DNA from: Candidatus Babelota bacterium | Lineage (GTDB): Bacteria; Babelota; Babeliae; Babelales; Vermiphilaceae | Direction: 5' to 3' | Assembly (NCBI GenBank): GCA_049325595.1 | Contig: JBMOLF010000010.1 | Span: forward strand, 96,001-160,000 | Length of the DNA: 64,000 bases | Shown here: piece by piece, positions 1 to 9,136 of the stretch | Layout of the letters: the number at the start of each line of letters is the position of its first letter | Numbering within the stretch: position 1 is the stretch's first letter | Made by a program: the position numbers and the translations under genes | Notes under the pieces: generated by a model | The model's database searches: none | What the model saw: the letters and a program-made list of their open reading frames with translations, nothing else | Told to the model about the DNA's origin: nothing

Positions 1-860
1 ATGCATTGGAATACACGGTTATTGTTAGTGCTGACTCAAGCGAAGCGGTGTTAAATCAATATTTAGCACCATATGTTGGGTGTACCATTGGTGAATTTTT
101 CCGAGACCAGCAAAAAGATGTGTTAATTGTATATGATGATCTATCCAATCATGCAATTGCATTCCGTGAAATGTCTTTACTGTTGCGCCGAGCGCCGGGT
201 CGCGAGGCATATCCAGGTGATGTGTTCTATCTGCACTCTCGTTTATTAGAACGTGCTGGTAAGATGGCAAGCGGTGGATCGTTAACGGCATTGCCTATTG
301 TACAAATACAAAGCGATGATATTACTGCTTATATTCCTACTAATTTAATATCAATTACTGACGGTCAAATTTTTTTAGATACCCGCTTATTTAATCAAGG
401 AATCAGGCCAGCAGTAAATATTGAATTGTCAGTATCTCGAGTAGGTGGTGCTGCACAAACTGCTGCAATAAAAAAAGTTACTAAGGCGTTGCGCTTAGAA
501 CTTGCTCAATATAATGAATTGTTAGATTTTGCTCAGTTTGGTACCGAACTTGACGAAGTTTCTCGTAATAAATTAGCCCGTGGCGAACGAGCAGTAGCAC
601 TGTTAAAACAAGAGGCAGGTGTTACTTATTCATTTGTTGATCAAAGTTTGATGCTTTTCTTGCTTAAAGAAAACTTTTTGGATGTATTAGCTCCTAAGCA
701 TGTGCGTGAGTTTGCCTTACAATTTGTGAGCTATGTTAAAAATGTATACCATGATGTGTATGCTATGATTTATGATACCCAAGATATGCCTGATGATATA
801 AAAGATCATCTTATTATTATCGCAAAGGAATTTAGCTCAGTTTTTGTGCCTAAAGAATAA
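1..860 (+). CDS. atpA: F0F1 ATP synthase subunit alpha, 5'-truncated by the window edge
   Basis: Motifs YDDLS..A.AFRE.SLLLRRAPGREAYPGDVFYLHSRLLERA, PTNLISITDGQIFL, SVSRVGGAAQ; frame is open from the window start. Confidence 0.97.
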   Translation, partial: ALEYTVIVSADSSEAVLNQYLAPYVGCTIGEFFRDQQKDVLIVYDDLSNHAIAFREMSLLLRRAPGREAYPGDVFYLHSRLLERAGKMASGGSLTALPIVQIQSDDITAYIPTNLISITDGQIFLDTRLFNQGIRPAVNIELSVSRVGGAAQTAAIKKVTKALRLELAQYNELLDFAQFGTELDEVSRNKLARGERAVALLKQEAGVTYSFVDQSLMLFLLKENFLDVLAPKHVREFALQFVSYVKNVYHDVYAMIYDTQDMPDDIKDHLIIIAKEFSSVFVPKE

Positions 861-866
861 AAGAAC

Positions 867-894
867 AACAGCCTCTTTGATAAAAGAGGCTGTT
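867..894. terminator. Probable bidirectional intrinsic terminator
   Basis: Perfect 12-bp inverted repeat AACAGCCTCTTT-gata-AAAGAGGCTGTT between convergent genes. Confidence 0.8.
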
Positions 895-899
895 ACTTT

Positions 900-1850
900 T
901 TACAGTCCTTTTTTCATGTGCAATAAATATTTTATTTCTTGAGAAGTTTTTGCACCCTTATTAATAAGAAATTTTTTAGTTTGTGCAGTTACCTTAAGAT
1001 CATCTTCTATTAAATCGAGCACAGTTAGTTCGTCATCGTTAAATTGATTTATATTAGCACCATTATCAAGCAGGGCTTGTATTGCTCTTATATTATTTTG
1101 TGTTGCATGATGTGCAAGTGCTGTGTATCCTTCATTGTTTTCGTGGGTTATTGATGCACCTTTGTTAATGAAAAATTTAATTAAGACCGGATCTTCTTCA
1201 TAAAAAAGAATTGAAGAGCCAGTATTATCGGTATGGTTTATATTAGCATTATGATCCAAAAGCAGTTGTGCAATCTTAATATTTGGTGCAAAAAAAAGTG
1301 CCGTTAATCCTTGGGTATCTGTAGCATTAACAAAAACACCGAGTGATAATAATTTTTTAATTAAGCTATAACGATTTTCATTTACCGCTTTCATAAGCAA
1401 AGTGCTTTTTTTATTACATAATTGTGCATTAGGTCCTGCAACTAAATATGAGACACGTGGGCCTTCGTGAACAATTTTTAATGCGTTAAGAAATTTTTCT
1501 TTTATAAAATATAAGTTATCAAGATCTTCTTTTGAAATAAGGTTTTTTGGTGCTATATGTTCTTCATCAGTTTGTGAAATTGCACGACTAGGGCTTTTTA
1601 GATAACCATCTAAAATAGCTTCACGTTCGGTGATAGTATATACCTTGCTGCTTAGCAACAGTGAATACAATAGATCCAATCCTGCTGTAACCGGTAGATT
1701 GAGTATTAAATGTATCGCTTTTTTAACAGAGTGTTCTTTTTCGATCTGGTCTAAATTTGCTTTGAGTGATTTTTGGTAATGACTCAGGCCATGAATAGTA
1801 TGGCTTGCCAGTAGGTAAAAAATAGTAGCTAGTATTGATACATAGTTCAT
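900..1850 (-). CDS. Signal-peptide ankyrin repeat protein
   Basis: AGGAG before ATG at 1850; hydrophobic N-terminus; about 5 ankyrin repeats (GLTALFFA, GYTALAHHA, LLDNGANIN). Confidence 0.9.
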   Translation of the reverse strand: MNYVSILATIFYLLASHTIHGLSHYQKSLKANLDQIEKEHSVKKAIHLILNLPVTAGLDLLYSLLLSSKVYTITEREAILDGYLKSPSRAISQTDEEHIAPKNLISKEDLDNLYFIKEKFLNALKIVHEGPRVSYLVAGPNAQLCNKKSTLLMKAVNENRYSLIKKLLSLGVFVNATDTQGLTALFFAPNIKIAQLLLDHNANINHTDNTGSSILFYEEDPVLIKFFINKGASITHENNEGYTALAHHATQNNIRAIQALLDNGANINQFNDDELTVLDLIEDDLKVTAQTKKFLINKGAKTSQEIKYLLHMKKGL

Positions 1851-1936
1851 ATAATCTCTCCTTTTTATCACCAGCTTAACAATCTTTTATAACTCAATTG
1901 AATACTTGATTACTTAGAGTGGTAAATTTGAAGATT

Positions 1937-2650
1937 TTAGTGTGTAAATTCTTTATAGCAATTAGTTTGGTATTGGGATGGCGTAGCAGTAAATATGAGT
2001 TTGGGATCAACCCCATTTACTTCTAAATCTTCATAACATATTAAATTTTCAATACCCATTTCATCAGGTTTATTTAAAATTCCTAATTCGTAATAATTTA
2101 ATTCTTCATTATCACTAGCATTCTCGATAATAGTTTCTGCGGTATCAGATGATTCAGATGATTCTAACGAATAGGATAATTCTGATGAGAGATTAGATAG
2201 ATCAATTTTTTTACACGATTTAATATGCGCTAATAAGCTTGATATAAGAGTATATTTAATCCCACATGAACATTGAAAAAAATCATTAGCATAATGACCT
2301 AAAAAGCATGAAGCAACACCGACAGCATTTGCTTTGCTTGTGGTTTTGCAATCAGGGTAAGGGCAATGATACTGAATAGCTTTACGTCCATCAGGTCTAA
2401 CCGTATAGCTTGTTTCTCCACCTTTAATATAATCTTTAATCGATTCAAACGTGGTGAATTGTTCAAATTTATTTGCAAAAAATTGAGTAATTCTACTATC
2501 AACTTGTGCCTTAACAAAGTTTTTAACATCAAATTCACTATACGAATTACCTTCTAATGATTGGCAACTATTTCTTATACTTTTATGGCTCATAGCATGA
2601 ATCGATTGAGTAATACATAAGAGTAATAATTTTAATATAATTTTTTTCAT
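1937..2650 (-). CDS. Signal-peptide zinc-finger protein (paralog 1)
   Basis: MKKIILKLLLLCITQSIHA-M; YHCPYPDC..C.xH and FQCSC-x12-H-x3-C fingers; acidic Ser-rich tail. Confidence 0.8.
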   Translation of the reverse strand: MKKIILKLLLLCITQSIHAMSHKSIRNSCQSLEGNSYSEFDVKNFVKAQVDSRITQFFANKFEQFTTFESIKDYIKGGETSYTVRPDGRKAIQYHCPYPDCKTTSKANAVGVASCFLGHYANDFFQCSCGIKYTLISSLLAHIKSCKKIDLSNLSSELSYSLESSESSDTAETIIENASDNEELNYYELGILNKPDEMGIENLICYEDLEVNGVDPKLIFTATPSQYQTNCYKEFTH

Positions 2651-2663
2651 ATAGTTTACTCGG

Positions 2664-3380
2664 TTAAAAGCTTGAATTTTCATAGCCATTTAAAGAATCA
2701 AATTGAAAAGATGTAATCTGTTCGATTTGATTTTCAATAGCATCAAAATCAGTCTTTTTAGAAGCGCAGATATTTAATGGTGATTGATAGTTATTTATAA
2801 TAAGTTTTGGCAGCTTATATAATTGATCTGTAGATGGTTGATTTTTTAATTTGATAATTATCGATGGTATTGGTATTGCCACATTGTTTTCGGTGGTGTT
2901 ATTGAGAGGTTGAGAAAATTGTCTTTGTTTTTTGCAAGACTTTTTTATGTGAGACCATAAGCGTTCTATATTTTTGATTGATTTATCGCACTGAGGGCAA
3001 TGAAAAAAATGATCATAGTGAGAAAGAAAGCAGGAAGCAACTTCGTTGATATTTTTTTCTCTGATTGTTTGACAATTCTTATATGGGCAGTGATATTGAA
3101 TTATTGTTTCTGAATTTTTCTTAACATAGGTTTTTACCCCATTTTTAACATGCTCCCTAACTGCAGCAAAACTAGTAAGTTGAGGATATTCATCAGCAAA
3201 AAAATTACTAATTTTATTGTTAACAAGTTCCATAACGCTACATTTAATTGTTGTAAAATCTGTCTCAGAAAATTTTTTGTTCTTGATTATGCGGTTATGT
3301 GTTATTGGGGTGCTATTCTCCATTGGGTAAAGAAATGAATACATGACTAATGCAAGCGCGACAGATAAAATTTTTTTCAT
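2664..3380 (-). CDS. Signal-peptide zinc-finger protein (paralog 2)
   Basis: MKKILSVALALVMYSFLYP-M; YHCPYKNC...VASCFLSHY and FHCPQC-x12-H-x4-C; clearly alignable to 1937..2650. Confidence 0.8.
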   Translation of the reverse strand: MKKILSVALALVMYSFLYPMENSTPITHNRIIKNKKFSETDFTTIKCSVMELVNNKISNFFADEYPQLTSFAAVREHVKNGVKTYVKKNSETIIQYHCPYKNCQTIREKNINEVASCFLSHYDHFFHCPQCDKSIKNIERLWSHIKKSCKKQRQFSQPLNNTTENNVAIPIPSIIIKLKNQPSTDQLYKLPKLIINNYQSPLNICASKKTDFDAIENQIEQITSFQFDSLNGYENSSF

Positions 3381-3638
3381 AAAAATGCCTTTATATAATG
3401 ATAATCATTAAAAATTAAAATATATTCGGACAGCAAATTTCTGTAAAGCTTTTTAGGTATTGGCAAGGAGGAATTTTGTGTTAAAAAAGCTACTTAGTTA
3501 AAAGATGTGCGATCATTAATCCTAGACGAGCTTACGCTTTGATCGAAGGGATATCTGATTGTTTTATAGGAAAAAATATCTTTTAATATTGAGAATTTTT
3601 AAAAAAATGATAAGCTACAGAATAATCTTTTCTAAATT

Positions 3639-3715
3639 GTGCCTGTAGCTCAGCTGGATAGAGCAACGGATTTCTAATCCGTAGGTCATAGGTTCGAATC
3701 CTATCAGGCACACCA
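3639..3715 (+). tRNA. tRNA-Arg(UCU)
   Basis: Acceptor GTGCCTG/CAGGCAC, anticodon arm ACGGA-TTTCTAA-TCCGT, GGTTCGAATCC T-arm, encoded CCA; 77 nt. Confidence 0.97.
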
Positions 3716-5161
3716 AGTTTGACGTTCCGAACAATTTAAGATCAAATCAAATGGCTTTTGCGCCTCGTAGACGATGTTTTCACCATCCACCTGTAAGTTC
3801 GATAGTACGAGCTTAATTAATTGCCGTTTTTCTGTAACTTCAGAACTTTTAAAAATATCATAGGCGTGATTTGTCAGATCTAGTATGTATTTTGCGGTAA
3901 TATAGTAGTTATCTTCTGCCTCTTGTAAGCGCTCTAATTTGAGGGTTACTTCGGCAAGCTGATCTCTAAATGATTGGTAAAATTTGTCATACGCGCTCTC
4001 AGTAATTCTCCCTTTGAGTTTATCAAGGTATAAATTGTCCATCATTTTGGTCAGGGATTGGTGTTGGCCCGTAAGCTCTTTGTATTGTTTCGTTTGAAAA
4101 TCCATCTTATATTGGTGGACTTCATCCAGCGTTTGCTTGATAGTGGCTGCTACGTTGGCTGGCATTTGGAGATTCTTAAAAACTTGGCTGAGCTTTTCGG
4201 TTATTGTTTCTTCACGTAACCAGGCTGCACCATGCTTGCCGTTGTATTGGGTGCAATGGTAATACACAAAACCTTTATGCTTTTCTGGGGTGATTGCCAA
4301 TCCGCAGGTAGCGCATCGAAACATACCTCGATAGATATAGGGCAATCCGGCAAACTTGGCAGGCTTCTTTTTATAGCTTGCTTTTACTTCTTGCACTCGA
4401 TCAAAAAGAGTTTTGGGGATAAGTGGTGGATAACGATGGGGATAAAATTTATCATTTCTTTCCATCACCCCGTAATAGAAATGATTTTTGAGAATATGAT
4501 CGGTAAAGCCTTTAGACCAGGTAACGTTATAATCTTCTTTGAGCTTTGCCCGTAATAAATCCATGGAGTAAACCCCAGTGCCATACAGCTCAAATGCTTT
4601 TTGAACAATATAGGCCTTGTGATCATCAATGATAATATCTTTTTTACCATCCGGTGTTTTTATATTTTTGTATCCTAATGGCGCTTTACCAGGCAACTCG
4701 CCTTTGCGTAGCTTTTGCTCATTGGCACGGCGCACATTGTCGCTAATAGCATCAGAGTAATATTTGGCCAACCCTAAGCTGATGTTAAATTGAAACTTTT
4801 CAGTAGCGGATATCCTACTATTGATAACCTGCCCTTCTGAGACAAAGTGAAGCTCAATCTGATCACACAATGCTTTTTCGTATAATAAAGAAATACGCTT
4901 ATCAAATACATTACGGGAAAGCCGATCAACCTTATCGCAACATACGATAACTTTTTCTTTTTGACTCAAAATTAAATCGATAATGCGATCAAACTCAGAG
5001 CGCTCTAATGAGTAAGCGCTTTCATCAAAACTACAGATGTTTAAAATGGGGTAGCCTTTTTGCTCACAATAGCGCTCAAGGCGGGCAATCTGCGCAGGTA
5101 ATGAGTTACCGGCTTCTCGTTGTTCTTCAGTACTCACGCGGGCAATAAGAATGGCTTTCAT
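3704..5161 (-). CDS. Large serine recombinase (integrase)
   Basis: N-terminal ARVST catalytic Ser, DRLSR, recombinase domain (P.GY), zinc ribbon CATCG...YYHC, coiled coil; TGA stop at 3704-3706 inside the tRNA. Confidence 0.95.
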   Translation of the reverse strand: MKAILIARVSTEEQREAGNSLPAQIARLERYCEQKGYPILNICSFDESAYSLERSEFDRIIDLILSQKEKVIVCCDKVDRLSRNVFDKRISLLYEKALCDQIELHFVSEGQVINSRISATEKFQFNISLGLAKYYSDAISDNVRRANEQKLRKGELPGKAPLGYKNIKTPDGKKDIIIDDHKAYIVQKAFELYGTGVYSMDLLRAKLKEDYNVTWSKGFTDHILKNHFYYGVMERNDKFYPHRYPPLIPKTLFDRVQEVKASYKKKPAKFAGLPYIYRGMFRCATCGLAITPEKHKGFVYYHCTQYNGKHGAAWLREETITEKLSQVFKNLQMPANVAATIKQTLDEVHQYKMDFQTKQYKELTGQHQSLTKMMDNLYLDKLKGRITESAYDKFYQSFRDQLAEVTLKLERLQEAEDNYYITAKYILDLTNHAYDIFKSSEVTEKRQLIKLVLSNLQVDGENIVYEAQKPFDLILNCSERQTWCA

Positions 5162-5266
5162 GGTGGTCTCTGCTTAGTTGAAATTTTTAAATCCTTAGCA
5201 GTTTAGTGATTCATGAAAATATTTCTAGAGTTAATGACAGGGGCGTATGAAAAAAGTATCGTACCA

Positions 5267-5295
5267 TAGACAATGTATCATGATCGTGATACGAT
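5267..5295 (+). promoter_or_regulatory. Sigma70-like promoter of the TA operon with a palindromic operator
   Basis: TAGACA-17 bp-TACGAT with inverted repeat GTATCA-N6-TGATAC (5275-5292) over the spacer and -10. Confidence 0.6.
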
Positions 5296-5320
5296 AAGAT
5301 ATAAAAGTCTGGAGAAGTAA

Positions 5321-5704
5321 ATGTCTAAAAGTTATATAGTATATGAAGGCGAACAATTTACCATAGAATGGTATTTTGACAGCCGTGGAACAAGTCGGGC
5401 TCGGGAATATTTTAATGAATTATCACATGATAGAAAAAATAAATTTTCCTATCTGCTTTTTCTTCTTGCTAATAGAGGGAAAATATTCAACCAAGAAAAA
5501 TTTCGTTATGAAGGTGATCAGATATATGCTTTAAAGCCAACACCGGATCGGTTCTTATGCTTTTTCTATGATGGTTCAAAAATAATAATTACTAATGCAT
5601 ATGAAAAGAAAACAGCAAAGATGCCGGTGCGTGAGAAAGAAAGAGCATTAAAGGCAAAAGCTGATTATATAAAAAGATGTCAAGGAGGAACCTATTATGA
5701 CTAA
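5321..5704 (+). CDS. Type II toxin, RelE/ParE (HigB/Gp49-like) family
   Basis: 127 aa; IYALKP...RFLCFF...IIITNAYEKKTAKMP..E..RA; upstream of and overlapping an HTH gene. Confidence 0.85.
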   Translation: MSKSYIVYEGEQFTIEWYFDSRGTSRAREYFNELSHDRKNKFSYLLFLLANRGKIFNQEKFRYEGDQIYALKPTPDRFLCFFYDGSKIIITNAYEKKTAKMPVREKERALKAKADYIKRCQGGTYYD

Positions 5705-6029
5705 AAAAAAGATGAAATCTACTCTTGAGGAACATATTGAATCAATGACGCCAAAACAACGAAGAGAGTTTGAAGCTGAATATCAAGAGCTTTTATTGTC
5801 TGAATTGCTTTTAGCTGCTATGGCCAAAGATGAAGTTTCAGTAAGAGAGCTGGCTAGAATGGCTGGTGTATCGCCTACGGTAGTGCAAGCAATGCGCACG
5901 GGAACAAAAAAAGATTTTAGCATGCAGAGCTTTTTTAAAGTGTTAAAAGGTCTTGGTTGTAAAAAAATAATGGTAGAGCTTAATGGTCAATTAATCCCAT
6001 TAGATATATCTCAATCAATTAAAAAATAA
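5697..6029 (+). CDS. HTH (XRE-like) antitoxin
   Basis: SVRELARMAGVSPTVVQAM helix-turn-helix; overlaps the toxin stop, HigBA-type gene order. Confidence 0.85.
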   Translation: MTKKKMKSTLEEHIESMTPKQRREFEAEYQELLLSELLLAAMAKDEVSVRELARMAGVSPTVVQAMRTGTKKDFSMQSFFKVLKGLGCKKIMVELNGQLIPLDISQSIKK

Positions 6030-6205
6030 TGGCAAGAAGTAGAAATTATAAAGATCTATTAATTGAATCATTAAAAGATCCTACAGAAGCAGTAGGTTAT
6101 CTAAATGCCATTCTTGAAGACTACAAAGATAATGATGAAAAATCACAAATAGTATTGCAAGTAGTACTAAAAGATATCGCGCAAGCACAAAAAAATTATC
6201 GTTAA
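6029..6205 (+). CDS. 58-aa protein resembling the N-terminal half of addiction-module antidote (HI1420-like) proteins; not in the ORF track
   Basis: TAATG coupling to the antitoxin; MARSRNYKDLLIESLKDPTEAVGYLNAILED...LKDIAQAQ; stops where the HTH normally begins. Confidence 0.6.
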   Translation: MARSRNYKDLLIESLKDPTEAVGYLNAILEDYKDNDEKSQIVLQVVLKDIAQAQKNYR

Positions 6206-6230
6206 TGATACAGAGAGGAGCACTACAGAA

Positions 6231-6905
6231 ATGTGGTGCTCGTTTAATTACAACTTTTCAAGAGAGTTGCATGAGCTTAAAATGAGTAAAATACGCTGCT
6301 TATTAAAATATTGCGGGAAGTATTATTTAATCTGCTTTATTAGATTTGTGAAAGACAAGGTTTTAGTAAGCTTTACAAGTTCTCATTGGTCAGAAATATT
6401 TGGTTTGGAAATTGAACATCATTTTAATTATCCTAGTAATGGAAAATTACATAGCACTTACAATCATTTTGACAAGACTAATGATTCAGATAATTTTTTC
6501 ATTCATGCCTATAGCAATAAAATAGTTACTAAATCTTTTAAAAATGGCCAACAAAAAAAAGATGAACGCAACGGTAAAGAATTATTAAATCACTTTATTA
6601 ATAATAATTGTAGACCATTATCTGAATATGAAACTACAAGTACTTTTTTTGATTTTCCATGTATTGGATTTGCAATTTGCTCAATTCCAGAAGAGCAATT
6701 TAAAAAATTTCAAGCTTCATTCCCCAAAGAAAATGATGTGATAATTGACGCAGAGTTATGGAATGGTACTTGTGTGACTATAACGCCATATGTTGCAAAC
6801 AAAGAATATGAACTTTCTTTTTTTCCTTTTGCTATAAAAAGTGAAATCGACTGTGGAAAATTAAAAATTGGTATACGTGTAAGCCTCAATAAGCAAAATG
6901 TTTAA
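6231..6905 (+). CDS. Hypothetical protein (element cargo); start may be 6282
   Basis: 224-aa ORF with no recognised motif. Confidence 0.6.
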   Translation: MWCSFNYNFSRELHELKMSKIRCLLKYCGKYYLICFIRFVKDKVLVSFTSSHWSEIFGLEIEHHFNYPSNGKLHSTYNHFDKTNDSDNFFIHAYSNKIVTKSFKNGQQKKDERNGKELLNHFINNNCRPLSEYETTSTFFDFPCIGFAICSIPEEQFKKFQASFPKENDVIIDAELWNGTCVTITPYVANKEYELSFFPFAIKSEIDCGKLKIGIRVSLNKQNV

Positions 6906-8046
6906 GGTTTATTGGTTTAAATTTCTTTAAACATTCGCGCACCGTTTCAAATGGGCTTTGGGTACCAACTATTTTTACTTTTTGTACATCTTTAATAAGC
7001 CGATACCAGCTGCGTTGATTGCATTTGGCAAATAGCGCTCTTAGTTCCCGTATATTTACGACATCTAATGCTTTTGATAAGCCATAGGTAATTAAAATTT
7101 GCTTAGGGCTTAGTTCAGGATTGTTAATAATTAATGAAGCTAGCAATGCTTTATCGACCTGTCCTTCGTAGCCTTGGCGGAGTAGGATGGGTGCTTTGTA
7201 ATCCAAGATTGCTAATCGTGCCCTTTCAATCTCATCAAGATAATGTAAAAGAACTTTTTTAGAGATGGTTGGTTTGAATAAGCTTTTAAAAGAAAGATCT
7301 GATGGTATATGCAAAACTTTAAAAAGCTGTTTAATTTTGTGCCGTTTATTTAAACGTACTTCCATGCGCAAGATTTCAAGTTTGTTGCGATTATTAAATC
7401 TATCAAGAAAGTTTAATTGTAATTCGTTATCTTTTTCTAATGCACGTTTGCTGCTCGCTTGTGCTTTCTCAAGATCTTTTATTTTGTCATAGAATACCAC
7501 TTCATATGAGTTGCAATGCCATTTGTAGCTGTGGCCTTCATTGCGATAATCAGTTTGATTTACATCAAGAGTAAGCTTAGTGTTTGCTTCTTTAATTTTG
7601 TTTATGTAGTGGTAAGGTGTTGAGCCATCAGTTAGTGGAATATTTTTTGAGTAGTGGATAGCTGATAGCGGTGCTTTTGCTAATGTTGCTGGTGTTGTGT
7701 GTATGCCCATGTTTGCAAGCACCTGTGCAAGCTTATGAGTAAGTGCTGCAAAATCTTTGGCGCGTAATTCTTGAAAATTGTTACCAAACATGAGCTTTGG
7801 CAATGATAACTCAATTTTGAGCGACACTGTTGAACCACCTAATGGGTTGATGCGGTGAGCGAGAGTAAGGCATGGTTTGTAAATACCCAATGCAAATTCC
7901 CTTTTGGTGGGATTTTGTTTTGATTGGATGCCGTGCGATTGGTTCGTGTAAGGTTGTAAAACCCATTGCGCTGATGGTGAAAATAATTCAGGATCAGTGA
8001 GCGTAAATTGGTCTTTGCGTAAAAGAATTACTACCGTGTCTATCAT
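6886..8046 (-). CDS. Putative rolling-circle replication initiator (Rep_trans / phage gII-X-like)
   Basis: MIDT start behind GAGG; ELSLPKL.FGNN, VVFYDK..DLEK and ILRMEVRL resemble the YDK and R.E.RL motifs of this superfamily. Confidence 0.65.
   Translation of the reverse strand: MIDTVVILLRKDQFTLTDPELFSPSAQWVLQPYTNQSHGIQSKQNPTKREFALGIYKPCLTLAHRINPLGGSTVSLKIELSLPKLMFGNNFQELRAKDFAALTHKLAQVLANMGIHTTPATLAKAPLSAIHYSKNIPLTDGSTPYHYINKIKEANTKLTLDVNQTDYRNEGHSYKWHCNSYEVVFYDKIKDLEKAQASSKRALEKDNELQLNFLDRFNNRNKLEILRMEVRLNKRHKIKQLFKVLHIPSDLSFKSLFKPTISKKVLLHYLDEIERARLAILDYKAPILLRQGYEGQVDKALLASLIINNPELSPKQILITYGLSKALDVVNIRELRALFAKCNQRSWYRLIKDVQKVKIVGTQSPFETVRECLKKFKPINLKHFAY
7158..7187 (-). repeat. 30-nt palindromic repeat in frame within the Rep-like gene
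   Basis: Minus strand TCCTAC-TCCG-CCAAGG-CTAC-GAAGGA-CAGG has the same layout as the tRNA-linked hairpins; encodes ILLRQGYEGQ. Confidence 0.7.
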
Positions 8047-8302
8047 ACAACACATACCTCAAACAAACGAATAAGCAATTGCTTAAAGATAATGCGGCAG
8101 CTAAAAAAGACAAGACCTGGTTTTTAATCCAGGCCTTACTTACTTCTTTTGATCGTACTTTTTTTGCACGACGACATATATTGGTTCGTTGATCAACTTG
8201 ATGCAGCAATGATATAAATGCTACAAGCTGTTGCAAATCTGATGGTGACAACGCAAATGTCTGCGCTCGTGTACGCGTACGAGTAGTTTTCTTTAATGTC
8301 AT
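7994..8302 (-). CDS. Small basic hypothetical protein upstream of rep
   Basis: 102-aa ORF overlapping the rep start; contains hairpin AAGACCTGG-N8-CCAGGCCTT (8112-8137). Confidence 0.45.
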   Translation of the reverse strand: MTLKKTTRTRTRAQTFALSPSDLQQLVAFISLLHQVDQRTNICRRAKKVRSKEVSKAWIKNQVLSFLAAALSLSNCLFVCLRYVLYDRHGSNSFTQRPIYAH

Positions 8303-8584
8303 AAAATTTCTGTTCTAACAATGAGTTGAATATATGAAGATTGCTTGCTTAGTAGGCAAATTGTTTTTGAGGATGATTATGCCTGGATTCAGATAACCAT
8401 AATGCATAATCAATAATATAGAACAGATTCATGGGTTTCTCTTGTGAGAATAAAGTTTGCTTTATTACAACGAGAAGCAAGTATAAATAGTTTGATATGG
8501 ATTGCAAGAAGATAACATTCTTTAAAATAAAAATAGGTGCAGATTTAATTGGCTACACCTATTTTAGAATAGATTTGGGAGAGA

Positions 8585-9136
8585 TTATCGTACTTCTGCA
8601 GTAACATCAAGAAGTGATTCAGATAAATCATTGCCTTTAAGATCTAAATTAATACCAAGGCCTATTTTCTTCTGATTAACTAAATCAATATTCTCTGACC
8701 AGTACGTTATGATGCCTGGGCCTGTACGTATTGAATTGAACATAACCCTAATACCATCTAAATCTGCAGGATTAATCCTTGGTCTTATAGTAATAAATAG
8801 AGCGCCTCTAACATTATTTCTTTCATCAGATACTTTAATTGTAGCATCTCTAATTATCGCATCTCCTGAACGTACTGGGCGCAAGGTTATTGGCACATTT
8901 TTTACTGTTTTTCCAGGTTTTAATAAGATTAATCTTATTTCTTCTTTAGAATAAACATCGCCAGGTAAATCACCGACAGCTTCAGACAAGAAAAGATCCT
9001 GATGAGTGTGATTAGTCACTTGAGCATAGTAGGCAAAAACTTTATCAAGATTGTTTTGGTGTGGTTCTGCAGGCTGCATTGCATTTACAATTCCTAAAAC
9101 AGTGAATGTGAATATCATTTTCTTCATTAAATTCAT
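8585..9136 (-). CDS. Signal-peptide hypothetical protein
   Basis: MKKMIFTFTVLGIVNA-MQ; followed by hairpin AAAATAGGTG...CACCTATTTT near 8530-8565. Confidence 0.75.
   Translation of the reverse strand: MNLMKKMIFTFTVLGIVNAMQPAEPHQNNLDKVFAYYAQVTNHTHQDLFLSEAVGDLPGDVYSKEEIRLILLKPGKTVKNVPITLRPVRSGDAIIRDATIKVSDERNNVRGALFITIRPRINPADLDGIRVMFNSIRTGPGIITYWSENIDLVNQKKIGLGINLDLKGNDLSESLLDVTAEVR

Noticed and set aside
1801..1811. TGGCTTGCCAG matching the end of the tRNA-Arg repeat
   Set aside because: Only 11 nt, inside a coding region, without the rest of the hairpin; likely chance.
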